Origin: Kudoa neothunni
Lineage: Eukaryota; Animalia; Cnidaria
Assembly: GCA_964304625.1 (NCBI GenBank)
Contig: OZ199840.1
Location: 9,470,882 to 9,534,881, forward strand
Direction of reading: 5' to 3'
DNA: 64,000 nucleotides
Shown here: piece after piece, positions 14,275 to 29,100 of the stretch
Numbering within the stretch: position 1 is the first letter of the stretch
How the letters are laid out: every line of letters starts with the position of its first letter
Made by a program: the position numbers and the translations under genes
The notes under the pieces: generated by a model
The model's input: only the letters and a program-made list of their open reading frames with translations
Database searches by the model: none
What the model was told of the DNA's origin: nothing

Positions 14275-14726
14275 TTATTAACATAGCTAAATCTATTAAA
14301 ATTAGAATTATTATAATTCTCGTATTTCTCTTGACGTAGAATACCTTCGGCAAATACAGGAAATAACATGATAAACGAGCCAGAAAATATTTGTAAATGG
14401 GATTTGTATTCATGTGGAAGTACGAATTATCGTAAAGCAATATGTACGATTACCAAGTATAACAAAATTTGATTATTAAAAAATAGCTTTGAGAAGAATG
14501 AGATGGAAAATACACATACATTGTACAATTTTGTCATCCAACCAAAGGAAAATTATTTTTATCGCATGCTCAACGTAATAAAAATAAAATCGGGATAAAA
14601 ACGTTTTGCCGGCTTAAAATTTCACAAATATTATAACAAAAAGGGAGTTTAATGATTCCTTGAAAATTAGAATCTTTCTAAAGCGTTTATTGTAAAATTT
14701 CCAAAAATGGGAAAAATCGGTTAACT

Positions 14727-14809
<83 letters not shown>

Positions 14810-14815
14810 ACTACT
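14727..14815. repeat. (ACT)n microsatellite
   Basis: Long, almost perfect trinucleotide run. Confidence 0.95.
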
Positions 14816-14857
14816 GTATCCGCATCCCCAATAGGGAAGGAAGCCTGTGCTAGACGA

Positions 14858-15070
14858 CATTGGCTATTGTTACACGGATGTTTTTGATCCAAAATGGCAA
14901 CTATGCTTGCGTACTTTCCATTCTTAATCCCAACTACCCCTATTTACAACTAATCTATAAAGTTAATTTTTAGAATCTGCTATATTTAACTATTTTTGGT
15001 CAAAAATAATTAAATACAGTCCAAACTATACCTGTCCGGCCGGGTATTATGATCGGTGTCAACAGTCACT
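14858..15070. mobile_element. MITE of about 210 bp; related copies at 59269-59439 and (partial, inverted) 10780-10857
   Basis: Imperfect TIRs of consensus TGGCTATTGACAC(G/T)GAT. Shared internal sequence TTTTTAATCC...ACGCTTGCG...TTTTAATCCC...TTTTTAGAATCTG. Confidence 0.65.
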
Positions 15071-15276
15071 TCCTTAGTGTTATTGTAAGATTTCCGGCCG
15101 TCCTCACGAAACCTCGATATATTCATGTTAGACTGTATATAGATTGTTATAACAATAATATAGAGAGGAGCAACGGTATTACAGCATAAATGAAAAAGAA
15201 ATTTAGAACATTTATTCAAAATATTTAATATTTCATAAATTTTTCACGTAAATAGTGATGTACTACAACAACCACA

Positions 15277-17017
15277 TTAACAGTAACCGATGGCAAACTC
15301 ACATTCATTATTTTTGTACGTACGAGTGGCAACAGCGGCGGCTAGTGCGGCTCCTTTACCGGAGCCATCTTCAGCATCGATAATATGGAAACGCCTGCCT
15401 CTTACTAAATGTTTGATCATTTTGTTAACATAAGACATGTAGAATGGATTTTTTTTAAACATGGAACCATCAACTGCAACAGTGCAATTAAATCGGTTGA
15501 TTCTCTAAAACAAAGTGAGTATAAGTAGAAGCACAATTACCACCAGTTCACATACCCTAATAAGAACGGCGAGAGTGGATGAAATTAGTTGAGCAGATCT
15601 AAAGACGACCACATCGAACAGGCTGGAAAGTATGTCTGCATCGTTCTTCGATAGGGATACGTTGAAGTTGGATTTGAAAGATTCCACCATTTCGGGGATG
15701 TTACTGAAAGGTTACAATCAAAATAATGACTAATGTGGTGTAATTACTAGGCTTGAGAAATAAAGCGTGTGTCCAGCGAGTAAGGCTTGTTAAAAATCGC
15801 TGGGAGTTTTCCTTCAAAAATCACGCTATCATTAGCCAGATGGACCATAACGAAGCGAGCAATCTCTCCGAGATACATACCGGATATCATTTTTTCGTAC
15901 CTAAAAGCAACAAAACACATCCATCGGTCGTCAATCGAGAGCCAAATCACATACAGATGATGTCCAGGTCCTGATTGAATCGGAATCGAGTTGGGCATCA
16001 TATATAGTTTGCAAGTTTTTGATCTCTCCATTGTTGCCAAGACCACCCCATTCGGTATTGATAAGAATTTGGCTGTTTTGGGAGATGTCGGGGTCGCTGA
16101 ACTTGGACACTCGTTTCAAATCTTCGATGTAGCACGCATTGGTACCGGTACCATTAATGATACCGATGGCACAATGAGAGTCATGAAGAGCTCCCGAAAG
16201 TAGAGTGCCTGTGGTGTCGTTGATTAGCACATAGTTGCCAATGTTTAACTGGAAGCACTCACTTAAACACACCTCACCAACAAACAAATACCCCAATTTT
16301 TGCTGATGCATCTTTCATCAATTCGGATATATCGTTACCTTCTACACCTGAAGTGGTGAAACCTTTGGTCCAAGTGATAAGGTTGCCGTTGAACAATGAG
16401 GTCTGTAGAACCGGGAAAGAAAACGTGAAACCGACAAAGGGGATGTATTCGTTTTCGATGTTTGTTCTGTTTGAGTCCTTCTTTGAGTGCTTGGGCAATA
16501 AAGCCGAATAGTTCATCTTTTGTTCCATGCATACAGTCGGGAGGAACGGGGAATTGGTTGGAGGAAAATGAGAATTTATCACCCATTAAATCGATTATAA
16601 AGAAACGCAAGTTGGTCCCACCGAGATCAAGTGCCACATAGCGACCTTTCTGTGTGGAGTTGGGCACATCATGCAAAATGTTGGTATCATTTTCAATGAC
16701 GATCTCATAACAACCTATATTTTTGCATTGAGGAGTGAGATTGGATGTGTGTTGAATTTAATCATTAAAACTCACGTTGGATTCGGATGACAGACCATTA
16801 TCAAGACTGTATTGAAATTTGTGCATCAATTCCACAATTTTATTTTTATCGAGTATAAAGTCTTTCACATATTTTTGAATACTTGGATGCTACTCAATTA
16901 AAACATAATTAATTCCGCACACCTCACACAGTTATGTTTTATTACAACTGAAATGATAGGGCGTTCAATTTTCATCTCTTTTATATCCGAAAATCGAGAA
17001 TATAAGGTGGAGGACAT
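15277..17017 (-). CDS. HK: Hexokinase (single-domain type), multi-exon, with three apparent 1-bp frameshifts
   Basis: Motifs SLKMIPTF, ALDLGGTN, GFTFSFP, WTKGF, INDTTGT, GTGTNACY, INTEWG, YEKMISGMYLGE and DGSGKGAALAAAV. Confidence 0.92.
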
Positions 17018-19910
17018 GTTGCTGTCGTCTTCAAGGTTCTACACCATGAAACACATTAGAAATGGTGGTTAGATGGTGGTTACACACTAGAAACGCATTT
17101 AACTAGGTATGCGCACCATTTTATTTGCCAACATCAAACAAAGGTTTAAAAAATTAACTAGAATCACCTAATTTGGTATATATAACCTGAAACACATCAC
17201 AATTGTAACTATAACCCAACTGGGAATTAATCTAGGTAATATTTACATGTCTCATAGGACATTATTCAATCTATATTACACGTAGTACACATACACGCGT
17301 TATTTATTGTAGCTTAACAACATGGAACTATCAAAACGGTGGTTTGTCTCTGCTGGAGATATTATCATTGTCCCCCCGCATTATAATTGTATTCCTACTA
17401 ACAAACAGGTACTACAATGAACCCACGGAGTCATTCACCCACCGATTGTCTATCGTGATTAGAACTCATTATTAAAGCTAACTATTATGTTTAATTACAT
17501 AATTAAAGCAATTAACGCACCACAATAACGTGACAAAGAAAATAACTAAAATTACTTGGTCAGTAGAATCTATACAATTCATCGTAAAATAGAATGATAA
17601 TCAGATTAAACCGCATATATAACCGTACAATAGAGGATGTAAACTTGTATTATAAAGTAATTATATAACCCATTGGTAGCATTACAATAGCCAATTAAAC
17701 ATTTATAAATATAATTATTAAATCTATTGTTTATTAGTTGTTAATTACTTGGAGAATTTTCTTGTGAGACACACGACTTGCTCAGATTGAACTGATTAAC
17801 TGATTGTAGCTTTAAGACGGCTATACATGTCGAATGTGGGATCAACAGTTGAGCCAAAAAATTCCTGGATTATCCAATTCGGGGGCGATTACATTTTACA
17901 TTCAAATTCATCAACTATCGAATCAACCTCTAATTCCACTCCCCGCAATAAGCAAATTATTAACGAATTCGAAGTAGTATTATCACCATATCAATTGGAC
18001 GATTAAGTAATCCATCCTGTGATCAACTTTATTAATTGGTCAACAGGCACAACCACGCATGACCTTACATCAGGTCTTATAATATTCTCACACATGGATG
18101 AGATTTGATTTTTTAATACTTTAACATAAAATTCTAAGTGGTATGGTCGATTTGACATATATATATTTTGGGTTGGTACTAGCGTGCACAATCTCGTTCT
18201 ATGTACACATCCTATCGTTGACGAAAATTAATCGCTTACTGATATCGTTTTCTCGACCCTTACAATAGTAGTCTTTGTAAGTATTATACAAGTAATCGGA
18301 TTAGCAGACGTTCCATTTATTTTCCTATCATAGTTCTTACATTATAACACCTAGGTTAGCACTCATTAGCTTTAGTGTGGTGCATTATTTTTTGGTTAAT
18401 TAAAAAATTCAAGATTTTAAGAATATTAGTGGAAATATTTGTAGTAAATAAAACTGTAAAATTGGGACCAATTGTTAATTGAAGAACGCGATTACATTTG
18501 CTGTTATTCGATTAATCTTCTCCAATCAAAGCACCGACTGCTGCGATGACCGATTATCCTCCACTTATGAATCTATCGCATAAAGCTCCTTACGAAATAT
18601 GAAATTCATTTTTCGAACGTATGCCAAATATTTTGGCTGATTCAAATCGGCCATATAAGGCTATTCTCATTTTAATTGTTTCTAATTCATGTACTGCATT
18701 TTTTTGGTAGAGTTTCAGAAAAGTGTGAACGTGATGAAAAAGCATGATGCATCTCACGCCCAACACACCATAACGCGCGTGACGTGACACGCGTAGAAAC
18801 TCTAGTTATTGGGCATCATTGCTGGCAGACTTTATACTGTTTGACCTGCGCAGAGATTTTTGAATGAAGTGTGTGATTAAATCTTGACATTTTCTACAAT
18901 TTTTTGTTATGACAAAGATGTGTAAGCGTAGCGTAGTAGATTAAGAGAGTGATGTTGGTCCAAAAATGAGGTTGAAAACGAAAATTATATAATTACCGTC
19001 GAGATTAGAATACTGCGCGATTCCAAAATTTCTAGGTTTCGTTTTTTTAGAGAGAAACCAAGTTTTCTGATATTGTTATTATTTTATCATTTTGTTAACA
19101 TTAAAAATTTTTTTATTTATATATAAAGTCTCGTTATTGCGCATTGCGAGGTTTTAGTAACCCATCTATTTAAAAATAGAAGTATTTTCTTCATTATATA
19201 CCGTTAAAAGTGTAATAAATAAGAGAAATCGTTGATTATTATAATTCAATAAAATTATTGAGAGTAGTCGAAATGATGACAATTTCTAAATTTAAATTGA
19301 GTGATATGGTGATCTATGCTGAATATTAAAATATTGTCATGTTTTAGGTCATTTAACAATCGATAGATTTGTTCATACGAAGATAAATTCAAAAATACGG
19401 ATATTGAAACTAAAAGGGAGACATTTATGGGAAAATTAAAAATATAGATGGTGAGCTGTATGATTTGATTCGTTAAACAATGGTCGAATAATAATGTTCT
19501 GCTGAGATGTGTTATTATCGAATTTGCTTTATATATTGCAAATAACAAAGAAATTTCCAATTTAAAGTATATTTAAAGGTGGGGTTTCAGAGTCCACGTC
19601 AAAATATGGGATAGCTTTCAAAATGTTTCATGATGAGGAGACTGCGAATACAGATATCTCATCTGTTGAACACACTAATTTGGATATAATCCTAAAGACG
19701 TTATAAATATTGATGAAATTGTTGATAATTTTATGAGCAGTCACAAAACATTAGTTATGTTTTAGAGGATGAAGTCGGAATATAAGGCGAAAAATATCAA
19801 AAAAAAGAAGTGAATGTTTTGCTTTCACTTTTTTTTTAAATAAGCGTAAATTCCTATCTATTTTAATTGGTAAATTTCCAAATCCTAGACGTTTCAACTG
19901 ACTGAGTTAA

Positions 19911-22444
19911 CCCTCGAATACCTGGGTTGGACCAAGCTGATCCACGAGAGATAAAATTTTTAATATCTCTTTGCATACATTTTTTTAAACTTTTTTATGT
20001 ATTCCTATTTTATGCTGTAATTGTGATTGATTACCACTTTAAAATAATAGAACTGTAGGTTTTGAGAATTTCTGTAAAAATAAGTTACGTAAATACCTGA
20101 GAGATAGAACATTCCGGTCCGCGTGTAATTATTAACGAAATTAATATTTTGTACTATAATTATCATTCTAAATTTAATATTGTATTTCATAAGCAATTTA
20201 AAGTATTCTGTAACTATTTATGGCTAATTATATGTTTAATCGAAAATATAAATTGAATTTATTTAAGACAAGTTTGCGCAATAAACAAAACATTTGCTTA
20301 AAAAATGAATTCTGACAGAGAACATATTTTTTGAGGACGATTGTGAAAGTGCTGACGATGCACTTATACATTGAAAGTGGTTCGGAGGACTTGGATGAAA
20401 TAATTAATGAACCAGTCAACAATGACGACGATGATGATGCGAGCATTGAAGATATGATGCATGTCCCCTTTGTTGTCTCCAAAGATGGAGAAGAATGATA
20501 TAAAACTCCGACTAGGCTGAAAGAAGACCTACAATGGAAAATATTTATAATGTAAAAGCGGCGCATTCACAAATAAAGCTTTCCGGAATGGCCAAATTCC
20601 CATGAGGACTTTTAATAATTTTTTTTGGCAAATAATATGTTGGAACAGATCCAATATTGTACCAACTAATTTATTGAACAAGAAAAAACAAATATCAACA
20701 AAATAAATATAGCCGAGTTGAAAGTTTTTTTGGGAGCTATCTTATTAATTGGCGTAATGAAAGGCAAAAATGAAAACATCCGAAAATTTTGGACTGAAAA
20801 GTATGGCCTTTAATCACTAATTGCAAAAAATTACAAGAGAGGAACCAGGGATAGAGAGGATAAACTTCCCCCCATCAGATTATATATTTGATGAGTTTAT
20901 AAAGACGTGTAAAGAAAGTTACAACCCATCTTCCCCATTGACTGTGGATGAAACAGCTTGTCACATTCAGAGGTCGTTGCCCCTTCTAAATTTTCATTCC
21001 TTCCTAAGCCTAGAAAGTATGGGATAAAAATATGGGCGTTGTGTGATGCAACAAACGCATATCTATACAATGCAAAGATTATATTGGAAAATAGAACGGT
21101 GTTGTTGAAACCAAGATGAAAGGTGAAAATGTGGTAAAGGATTTAGTTACACCTTATTTAAAAAAAGGTCGTAATGTTACCACAGACAATTTTTTTTATC
21201 ACATTGTCAGTTGCGAGACACTTAATGTCTCATAAAACAACAATTGTAGAGATTGTCCGTAAAAATAAAAAATCTCTCATCCCTGAATTTCAATCATCAA
21301 ATGGAATACCAAACGATGTGAGATTTTTATTTCAGGATAAATTTACGTTGGTAAAATACAATCCCAAGAAAAATAGATCTGTGGTACTTTTAAGCTCCAC
21401 ACATCGAGATTGTGAATATTCATCCTGAGTCGAAAAAACCAGAGATCATAAATTATTGTAACCAAACCAAAGGAGGGGTTGATACGCTTGACCAAATTGT
21501 ACGCTGCTATTCCACAAAAATAGCCACTCGTCGTTGGCGATTTTCTTTAACATCATCGATATATCCGCCTATAATGCATATCTCCTGTATGTTTATCGAA
21601 ACCCGAAATTCAAAAATGCTCATAAAAAACAATCCCGAAGAGAATTTTTAAAAATGTTAGCGGAAGAGTTGCTAGGAAACGATGAGATCAATTTTGAAAC
21701 CATCCCAATAAAAAGGAAGGAACCTCCTTCTGGAAGAGGGACATGCCATATTTGCTCAAATTGCAACAAATTTGTCTGCGAAAACCATCGAATTGAAAAA
21801 TATAGAATGCGATTTGTGTAACAAAAATAAAATATATCGTATTATTTATCTACTTTATTTCGTCATATTTTTATACGCACTTGAATTTTTTTATTAAATT
21901 TAATTATATCTACAAAATATATCATAGTTGTGTAATTTACCTATTTAGATTTTAGACAAAACGATTAGAATTTATGTCATTATAATGAGATGGTATAGAT
22001 AGATCGGGCATGTAATTCAGTTTGATGTTGTAAAATATTAAATTATTTTTTATGTCAAGTTATCATTTTTAGTTATAAACAAAATAATTTACTGATTACA
22101 TTTTTATTATAATTATTTTTGTCAATAAATCAAAACACCATCTAAATTAAACAGCTAATTATAATCATAAAATAACAATTTTGAAAGTTATAAATTTATT
22201 TTAAATACAAACATTATATGAACTAATGTTATTTTGTTTCTTTTATACGATATCGATTTAATGTAAGTTTATATTTGCAAATTATTTATCTTTTTAATGC
22301 GCGCGCCTAAAAAATTTGATTTTAATGTTTTATTTATCTTTATAGTCATATAATTTCAAATATAATTATGCTACGATTAAATTGCATAGGTCCACAGCGG
22401 TTCTCTTCAGGCATTCGCGTAACTTTTTTGCAGGTATTCGAGGG
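19911..22444 (+). mobile_element. Full-length piggyBac transposon with a degraded transposase
   Basis: TTAA|CCCTCGAATACCTG ... CAGGTATTCGAGGG|TTAA, i.e. perfect 14-bp TIRs and a TTAA TSD. Fragments TVDE, KYGIK, RNVTTDNFF, YNQTKGGVDTLDQ-like and RRW plus a C-terminal Cys-rich domain, with many frameshifts. Confidence 0.95.
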
Positions 22445-22492
22445 TTAATATGTTCGCGCGGACCTTAGCACCCACGGAAATAATGCCAACCC

Positions 22493-25143
22493 GGTAATGG
22501 GATAGTGTGAAGCTTCCATTTTTCACCCTCCTGCACATGTCCGACAATCCCGATTTTATTTTAAATCAATTATTCACTATTTTAAACTTTTGGTCGAACA
22601 ACAATTAGTCCCATAATTCATTTCTAAAAATTTGACCAAAATTCACGTTCGGCTTCAATCGGTGCGTGTGTATGTGAATGCGCAAGGTAGTTCTGTTCTA
22701 TTTTCCACATGAATTTAACATATTAGCAAGGATTAAGCGTGATTTTGATTTGTTTTAAATTTAAAGTGAATGGTTGGAACGTCGCGGAAAGTAAAAATAG
22801 CTGTTTATAATTGCACGAAATTTTCTAGCTTTTTGCTTTTGAAAAGTCGTTTATCATAAATTTTTTTAGTTTATATGTTATTTTTAATATTCCAAACCAA
22901 TTTTAAAATAAGCTATTCCACAAATACGTCACATGTATTATTAATATTCTTTCAAAAACGTATTAACTAAGAATTCATTCACACAAACTTTTAATATTGT
23001 AGACGAAATCTATAAATTTTAAGTTTTATACGGTTTTTTTTAATTTTTGATAAGGTCGCTGGGAATTTGTAAGATGATTTAACGGAAACCCTTCATAATA
23101 TTTTATTCGATACAGTTTATTACAAAAATATTTTTCTTAAAAAAGTCACACATGGTAGATTTGCATGTTTTTAATTTTATCATTTTAATTCTATATAAAA
23201 ATTAAATTTTGAACTTCATATATTATTACATTCATATGAGGTTAAAAAGCTAATATTACAATAATCAATGATTCCGTTTAAAAATAATTCAAGAATATAC
23301 AGGAGATTATAAAACTCAATTTAAATATTATATTTATTTTCAATTTAACATTGCGCATAGAATAAGAAACAAATTTAAAAGAACAACAAAATGGAATTAT
23401 TCTTCAATTAATTCTAAGAGATAGGGTAGAGTGTATTTATCGAATTTAATATAAAATAGAAAAATTCCCATATATTGTTGAACTTCGATCGCATCCATTC
23501 TTCGTGAATATATGAATCGAGATACGCTCTGGAGACACCACTCATCTGTTGTAAAAATTTGGTCTTAAGATGGTGCCACACAACTTCCATTGTATTTGTG
23601 TGGTAACCTACTCTTGTGACGTATTCCTTGGGATGGTTAACACTTATATGGGTGAATCCATACATTCCAAGGGTTTGATATGCTTTCCATTCATTAATAA
23701 AGATCGTGGAACCAGGTTCAACTTCTTGACATATTAATAGTATCAATATATTCGCAGCCCTTCTTTGAACAATAAAAAATCTGGATTCTAATAGATTTCT
23801 TTTACTTTAAATATCGACGGAGCATTCGCATATCCCGACCTCCCAAGGCCCTTCGATACGATTACCGTAACGCTCAACAGTGTAGGAATTTTCACTGCTT
23901 TCGATTTCGCCATTCTCCGATTCAGATGGAATATAGGTTTCATTAGGGGCGCTTCTCCATCAATCATATGCCAAATATCGTCCACGATTATTTTTTCGCT
24001 TCCCCCTTAGGAGACATTTGTCAATATCGATAACTTTTTTAGGGCCACCAAATTTTGAACGCAAGTAAAACGATTCAGTTGAAATCATCCGAAATTTGGA
24101 AAACCAATATGTAACCGTTTTTCCAGATAATTGTGCCAAGCAAATTATTCTGCATCGCTATTCTTCGAAACTCCATAAATATACCATCTCAAATATTTCC
24201 TGAATTGTAAAATTTGAACAATTATTCCCGAGTACGTTAGTTATTGAACAGAACGTTGATGTCTGAGGAGAACAATGAGTTTTGCATTTTCTACTGTAGA
24301 AAAATAAAATATGTTTTATTAACAACATTTCTTGGAATACATATATGAAAATCTTCCAGCCAAGTTATTTTTTTGTCCACGCAAAGCATTATTACTTAAT
24401 TTTCTTTTAATAACTTTAAGTTTAAAACTATTACGTCTTCCGCAATTCCTGCATCTTGTAGGAATTCGGATGAGGTTTTTGTCAATTAACAGATTTATTA
24501 GTTTTTCGTCGCTGAGTAAAATGCTGTAAAATTGGCGCTGACTACTAATAAACACCATAACGAAGATTCAATAAATGTCGTGTTATCTACAATGAAAACT
24601 ACTCCGAAAATGTAAAAATGTGTTATTTATGTTTGGATACAAATAAAAAAATACATTAATTATTAGGGGTTCATAAAATAAATTATACATATATTTGAAT
24701 TTATTTTAGGTAAAAACAAAAATCTAAGAGAGAAATCTATTCAAAGTTTCTTCTTAATGGGTTCCCAAGAAATTGGCATAATCAAAGTGATGCAGTTAAC
24801 GCGAAAATGTTTTCCATTAGAGTCGACAGAAACATTAACACTTTGTTGAAATAATGGTGGTAAAAATATATTGGAAATTTAAAACAAGGCAAAGCCACTC
24901 TTAATCATGACTAATATGTTAAATCCACATGGAAAATAGAACAGAACTACCTTGGGCATTCACACGCATACGCACCGATTGAAACCGAACGTGGATTTTT
25001 GCCAAATTTTTAGAAGTGAATTATGGGGCTAATTGTTATTCTGCCAAAATTTTAAATAGTGAATAATTGATTTAAAATAAAATCGGGATTGTCGGACATG
25101 TTCAAGAGGGTGAAAAATGGGAGCTGCACACTCCCACATTACC
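22493..25143 (-). mobile_element. Merlin (IS1595/IS1016-like) transposon with about 270-bp TIRs and a degraded transposase
   Basis: 22493-~22762 is the imperfect reverse complement of ~24876-25143; termini are GG...CC. Fragments: CRNC zinc ribbon, GNRIEGPW and VEPGSTIFINEWKAY..HISVNH..GYHTNTMEVVW. No TSD seen. Confidence 0.9.
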
Positions 25144-25149
25144 AAATTA

Positions 25150-25500
25150 AAAGGATTTGGTAAGTTTTATTATAAAAAAGAACTGTTTCATCCTTATGCT
25201 TTTTTGGAATCTAAAAATATCTGTTGAGGGCACTCATTAAATCTTAAAGTATCGATGCTCCCAATCTCTCCTTAGAAGTTTATTGTATTGGTTTCCGTGT
25301 CTTTTTTAATCAACGAAGCCAGCCTCCACTTGAAGAAAAATTATTGAGACAACATTCCTTGTGGTAAGGATGGCCTTTCCATAATGGCATAACCTAGAAC
25401 ATATTTTTGCGTTGGAAGCCCGGGATATACTTTATCTTTTAAAAATTTAAAATATCCATAAAAAATGAGAATTTTTCAATTTTTATCCATTCGCATGTAT
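25150..25500 (-). pseudogene. pogo/Tigger transposase fragment (CENP-B-type HTH region)
   Basis: Frameshifted peptide FSSSGGWLR*..RHG..GEIGSIDT resembles FKASNGWL..FKKRHG..GES.S.D. Confidence 0.55.
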
Positions 25501-26109
25501 AGAATCCGATTTCGAATGGCCATACATTCTTGTGAATATATTTGAGAAAAAATATTCATAAACAATTAAATTTATTTGTATTTTTTTCTCCTGCCATGTC
25601 ATGGAATGATATATAAAAATTTATTATCTCGCTTTTTTCGCTAATAATAAACTGAAAAGGGGTCATTCTAAAAATTTGCTGTTGGGTCTCCGACCTCAAA
25701 AAGCAAAAAGCCACGTTATTTGATGGAACCTCGCAACCACTATAAGGGAAGTATCAATTTTTAAATTATTTAAAATTTCTTTAACTATATTTATACTTTT
25801 AAAAACGAATAAATTTGAAAACTAAGTTAAATAATTCAAAAATTAATAAATAGAACGTTCAATATCAAAACATCACTATATTCAGGTTCGACTTTGTATT
25901 AGTGATAAAATATTTATTAATCTAACAATCTTTACATTATACATATAATTAAAATTGCGATTTTGCGTAAATTAATTATAAAATATTGATTTAATTTTAT
26001 AAAACAACTCCACATTTGTTAATCGTAAATGACGACAATCACCAATACGTAAAACTAACTAATATTGATTGTTTAGTTAGACAAAAGTGTATATTTTCTT
26101 ATTTCCATA

Positions 26110-29100
26110 TTACAGATAGAGAGAAGGATCTTTAGATTTTCTTCTGAAAATAGCCAATAGTATCACCACTAGCAAAAGGAACATAATTGGTATCATCACG
26201 TATATACTAAACATAATTCAATATGAATCCACGATTGACTTTTACATGTATCTGGTAATAGGTCTATTTAAAATTTAAAAATACTAAAATTTCAACAAAA
26301 ATTACAGATTTCTATTTTTGGCTGCTTCATGCTCAACTTTTTCTTTACTATCTATGTTATATTATTTCAAATTTAATACATGTATTTTTATTAATTTTAC
26401 TAAATTAATTAAAGTTAACAAAAATTTGGTAAAATTTAATATACCCTTCCTTTTCTTTTCTTATTAGTTTTGGAACTATATCAAATATCTCAATATTAGT
26501 ATATTCACTTCCAAGATAATTTTCATCTACAAATTATTAATTTTATCTATTTTCATATTAATCATACTAAAATCATAATTAAAAATATATCACTATATTT
26601 TGAATACCCCAATAATTTTTTGATTTTTGAATCTTTATTTCGTAAAATACAATTATTGTAGATTAAAATAGTTGAATTTACATGGAATATCGTGGATTTG
26701 ATAGGTTGAATGGTCCTTCACTTTCACTGTTAATCTGTAATCCTTCTCCTTCAATAATCCATTAACATCAATGGTACATCCATTGGCTGAACATTCCTCC
26801 TCATCATTACACCAGGTAACTGCTGGCTCTGGAATGCCACTTTCAGTCTTCTCATGCATCATGAATGGACATTTATAAGTGTCACCTTTTCCGTTAAAGA
26901 TTACGTCAATTTTCATGTCACTTTCTTCGTCCAGTGTATAACTTATACTTGTAACAATATTAGCTAAAATCCAAGGTAATTAATTATATGGTCCCAATAT
27001 ATATATATATATTACGCGCGGTAATTTCAATATTTTTATTCTCGTAACCATCAGTTGGCTCAATGGTTACTCCATAAGTTACTCCGAATTGTAAGTTTGT
27101 AATCTTGAACGAACTGTGACATTTGTTCTCACAAGCCCCCAATCCTTCACATGTAGCCATGAATTTTGGGGACGATGCGCTCTTCTTTTTAAGATGAATT
27201 CTGCATAGTGACGATGAATCTCCATTGGCAAATGGTGTCAATGTGGTAGTTACACCATCCACTGTACTGTTAATATTTGAATCTATCAATACCATCCCAC
27301 CACCTAAAACTTTGTATTTTAAGTGGTTATCATTCATAGTTACTTGTTCTGAAAAGCATTTTTTTGATGTAAGACTCATTCACACCAAGATTAGTGATCG
27401 TCACTGAAATTAAATAATTTGTTCCAGCCGCAAGGTCGATAATGGAATATGACTCATCGCAACTGTCATTGCAACTATCGTTACTACATTTAGCTCTAGT
27501 TTCAGTATATAATGTATTAGCTCTTGATATTTTAATGGTGCATGTTCGGGCACTATTTTCTGGTTTAATTTGCTTATAATTATTGAGTCTGGAAAGTGTG
27601 ACGCCATTTCCAGTGATTTCACTCAAATAAAAACCAAGGTCACCACCTATTGAAACATAAATTATACGAATTTAATTATAAATTACTTGTGAAATATTGC
27701 TTAAATCCAGTGGAACCAAATCTCAGCTTAACAATCACTCCGATCTTTTGATAACTTCTAGATAAATTAATGGTACCATCTTGACAAAGTTGATAGCACC
27801 CATCCGCCAAAGTTCCACAAGCATTCAATACACTGTCTGTTTTATCGGAACCTTCATCATTCACCTCATATACTTTAATGTGGCACATCTCATCGTTATA
27901 TGGGCCTGGAGCGAAATTAATTTTTATTTGGTTATTGTTATTTTCAACAGTTGATACAGAATAAATAATTTGAGATCTTATAGTAATAGTTTTATTAAGG
28001 AATGTATTGTTTGTGTAATAGAATAATGCAGGCCACAAAAGGCTGGACTCAATTTTATAATAATTTATATATCTATCGACCGGGAGATTAGTATGTTTAG
28101 TTTCAACAGTGTCGGAAAAATTATTCACATTTAACTCAGTTTCCTTCGATTTGATAGTGGTATCTTCATTTCCATCTACATACACCTTCCATTCTGTTAT
28201 CGATGTTGTTTTGTAGGTAAATAGGATGTCATTTTCTACGTGATTTAATTGATAAGTATTATTTTGTATTGTTCCTAAATAATAATTAAAAAATAAATTT
28301 ATTATATAATATGTTATTTCTGCTATTTATTAGATATAGGAATAGAATGAATATTGAAATTACCCATTTGCACGACGAATACGTTCACATTTTCACAAGA
28401 TTTTGCTTTATCGTCAGTTTCACCATAGCAAACTGATAGATAACGATTAATTTTCGAATTTATATATCCAATCTCGATATCGGCTGATTCACATCCTACC
28501 AAGCAAAACTCAGTATCATTATCTTGAGCGCACGTTGGTTTGATAAAATCATGGTTAGCTTCAAAGTTGGATATTTTTATAGCGCATTTATAACCATTGG
28601 GAAATTCTGATAATGTTACGGAGAGTTTCCCAATATCATTATTATTTTGCTGACCAAATTTCTGTGTTAGTTTTCCAAATCCAGACAAGGCTACCAGAAT
28701 AATTAATAAAATAAATTATAGGGTTTCTCGATCAAACTCGACAACATGAAATTAAATTCGGCATTTAATGTTAAAAAATAAAGCTTATTTTGTATCCAAT
28801 TGTTTTTTAAATTTAAAAATTGTACATATTTTTATTATTAACAATATTTGAGAAAAATATACGCATAACAGAGAATGACTTTGTTTATGTTCTAATATAA
28901 CAGCCAAATTTGAGGTGTATATTCATTTTATAAACAAGACTAAAATTAGTTTTCAAAATATAATCTTCACATTTCTTTTCGCTTTTTTAACGTTAAATTT
29001 CTTATGCCGAATGCTCTAATAATATAAAATTGTATTGATTTATTAAGGGAATGAAATTTACGATTCTTAGAATTAATATATTACTTTAAAATATTGTTTA

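Noticed and set aside
14614-14892. Poly-Ser ORF
   Set aside because: Artefact of the (ACT)n microsatellite.
17800-18850. Moderately GC-rich region with 62-66 aa ORFs and ACGCG motifs upstream of hexokinase
   Set aside because: No recognisable protein or consistent exon chain.
19255-19760. Possible hAT transposase C-terminal remnant (INIDEIVDNF)
   Set aside because: Too degraded, and no termini identified.
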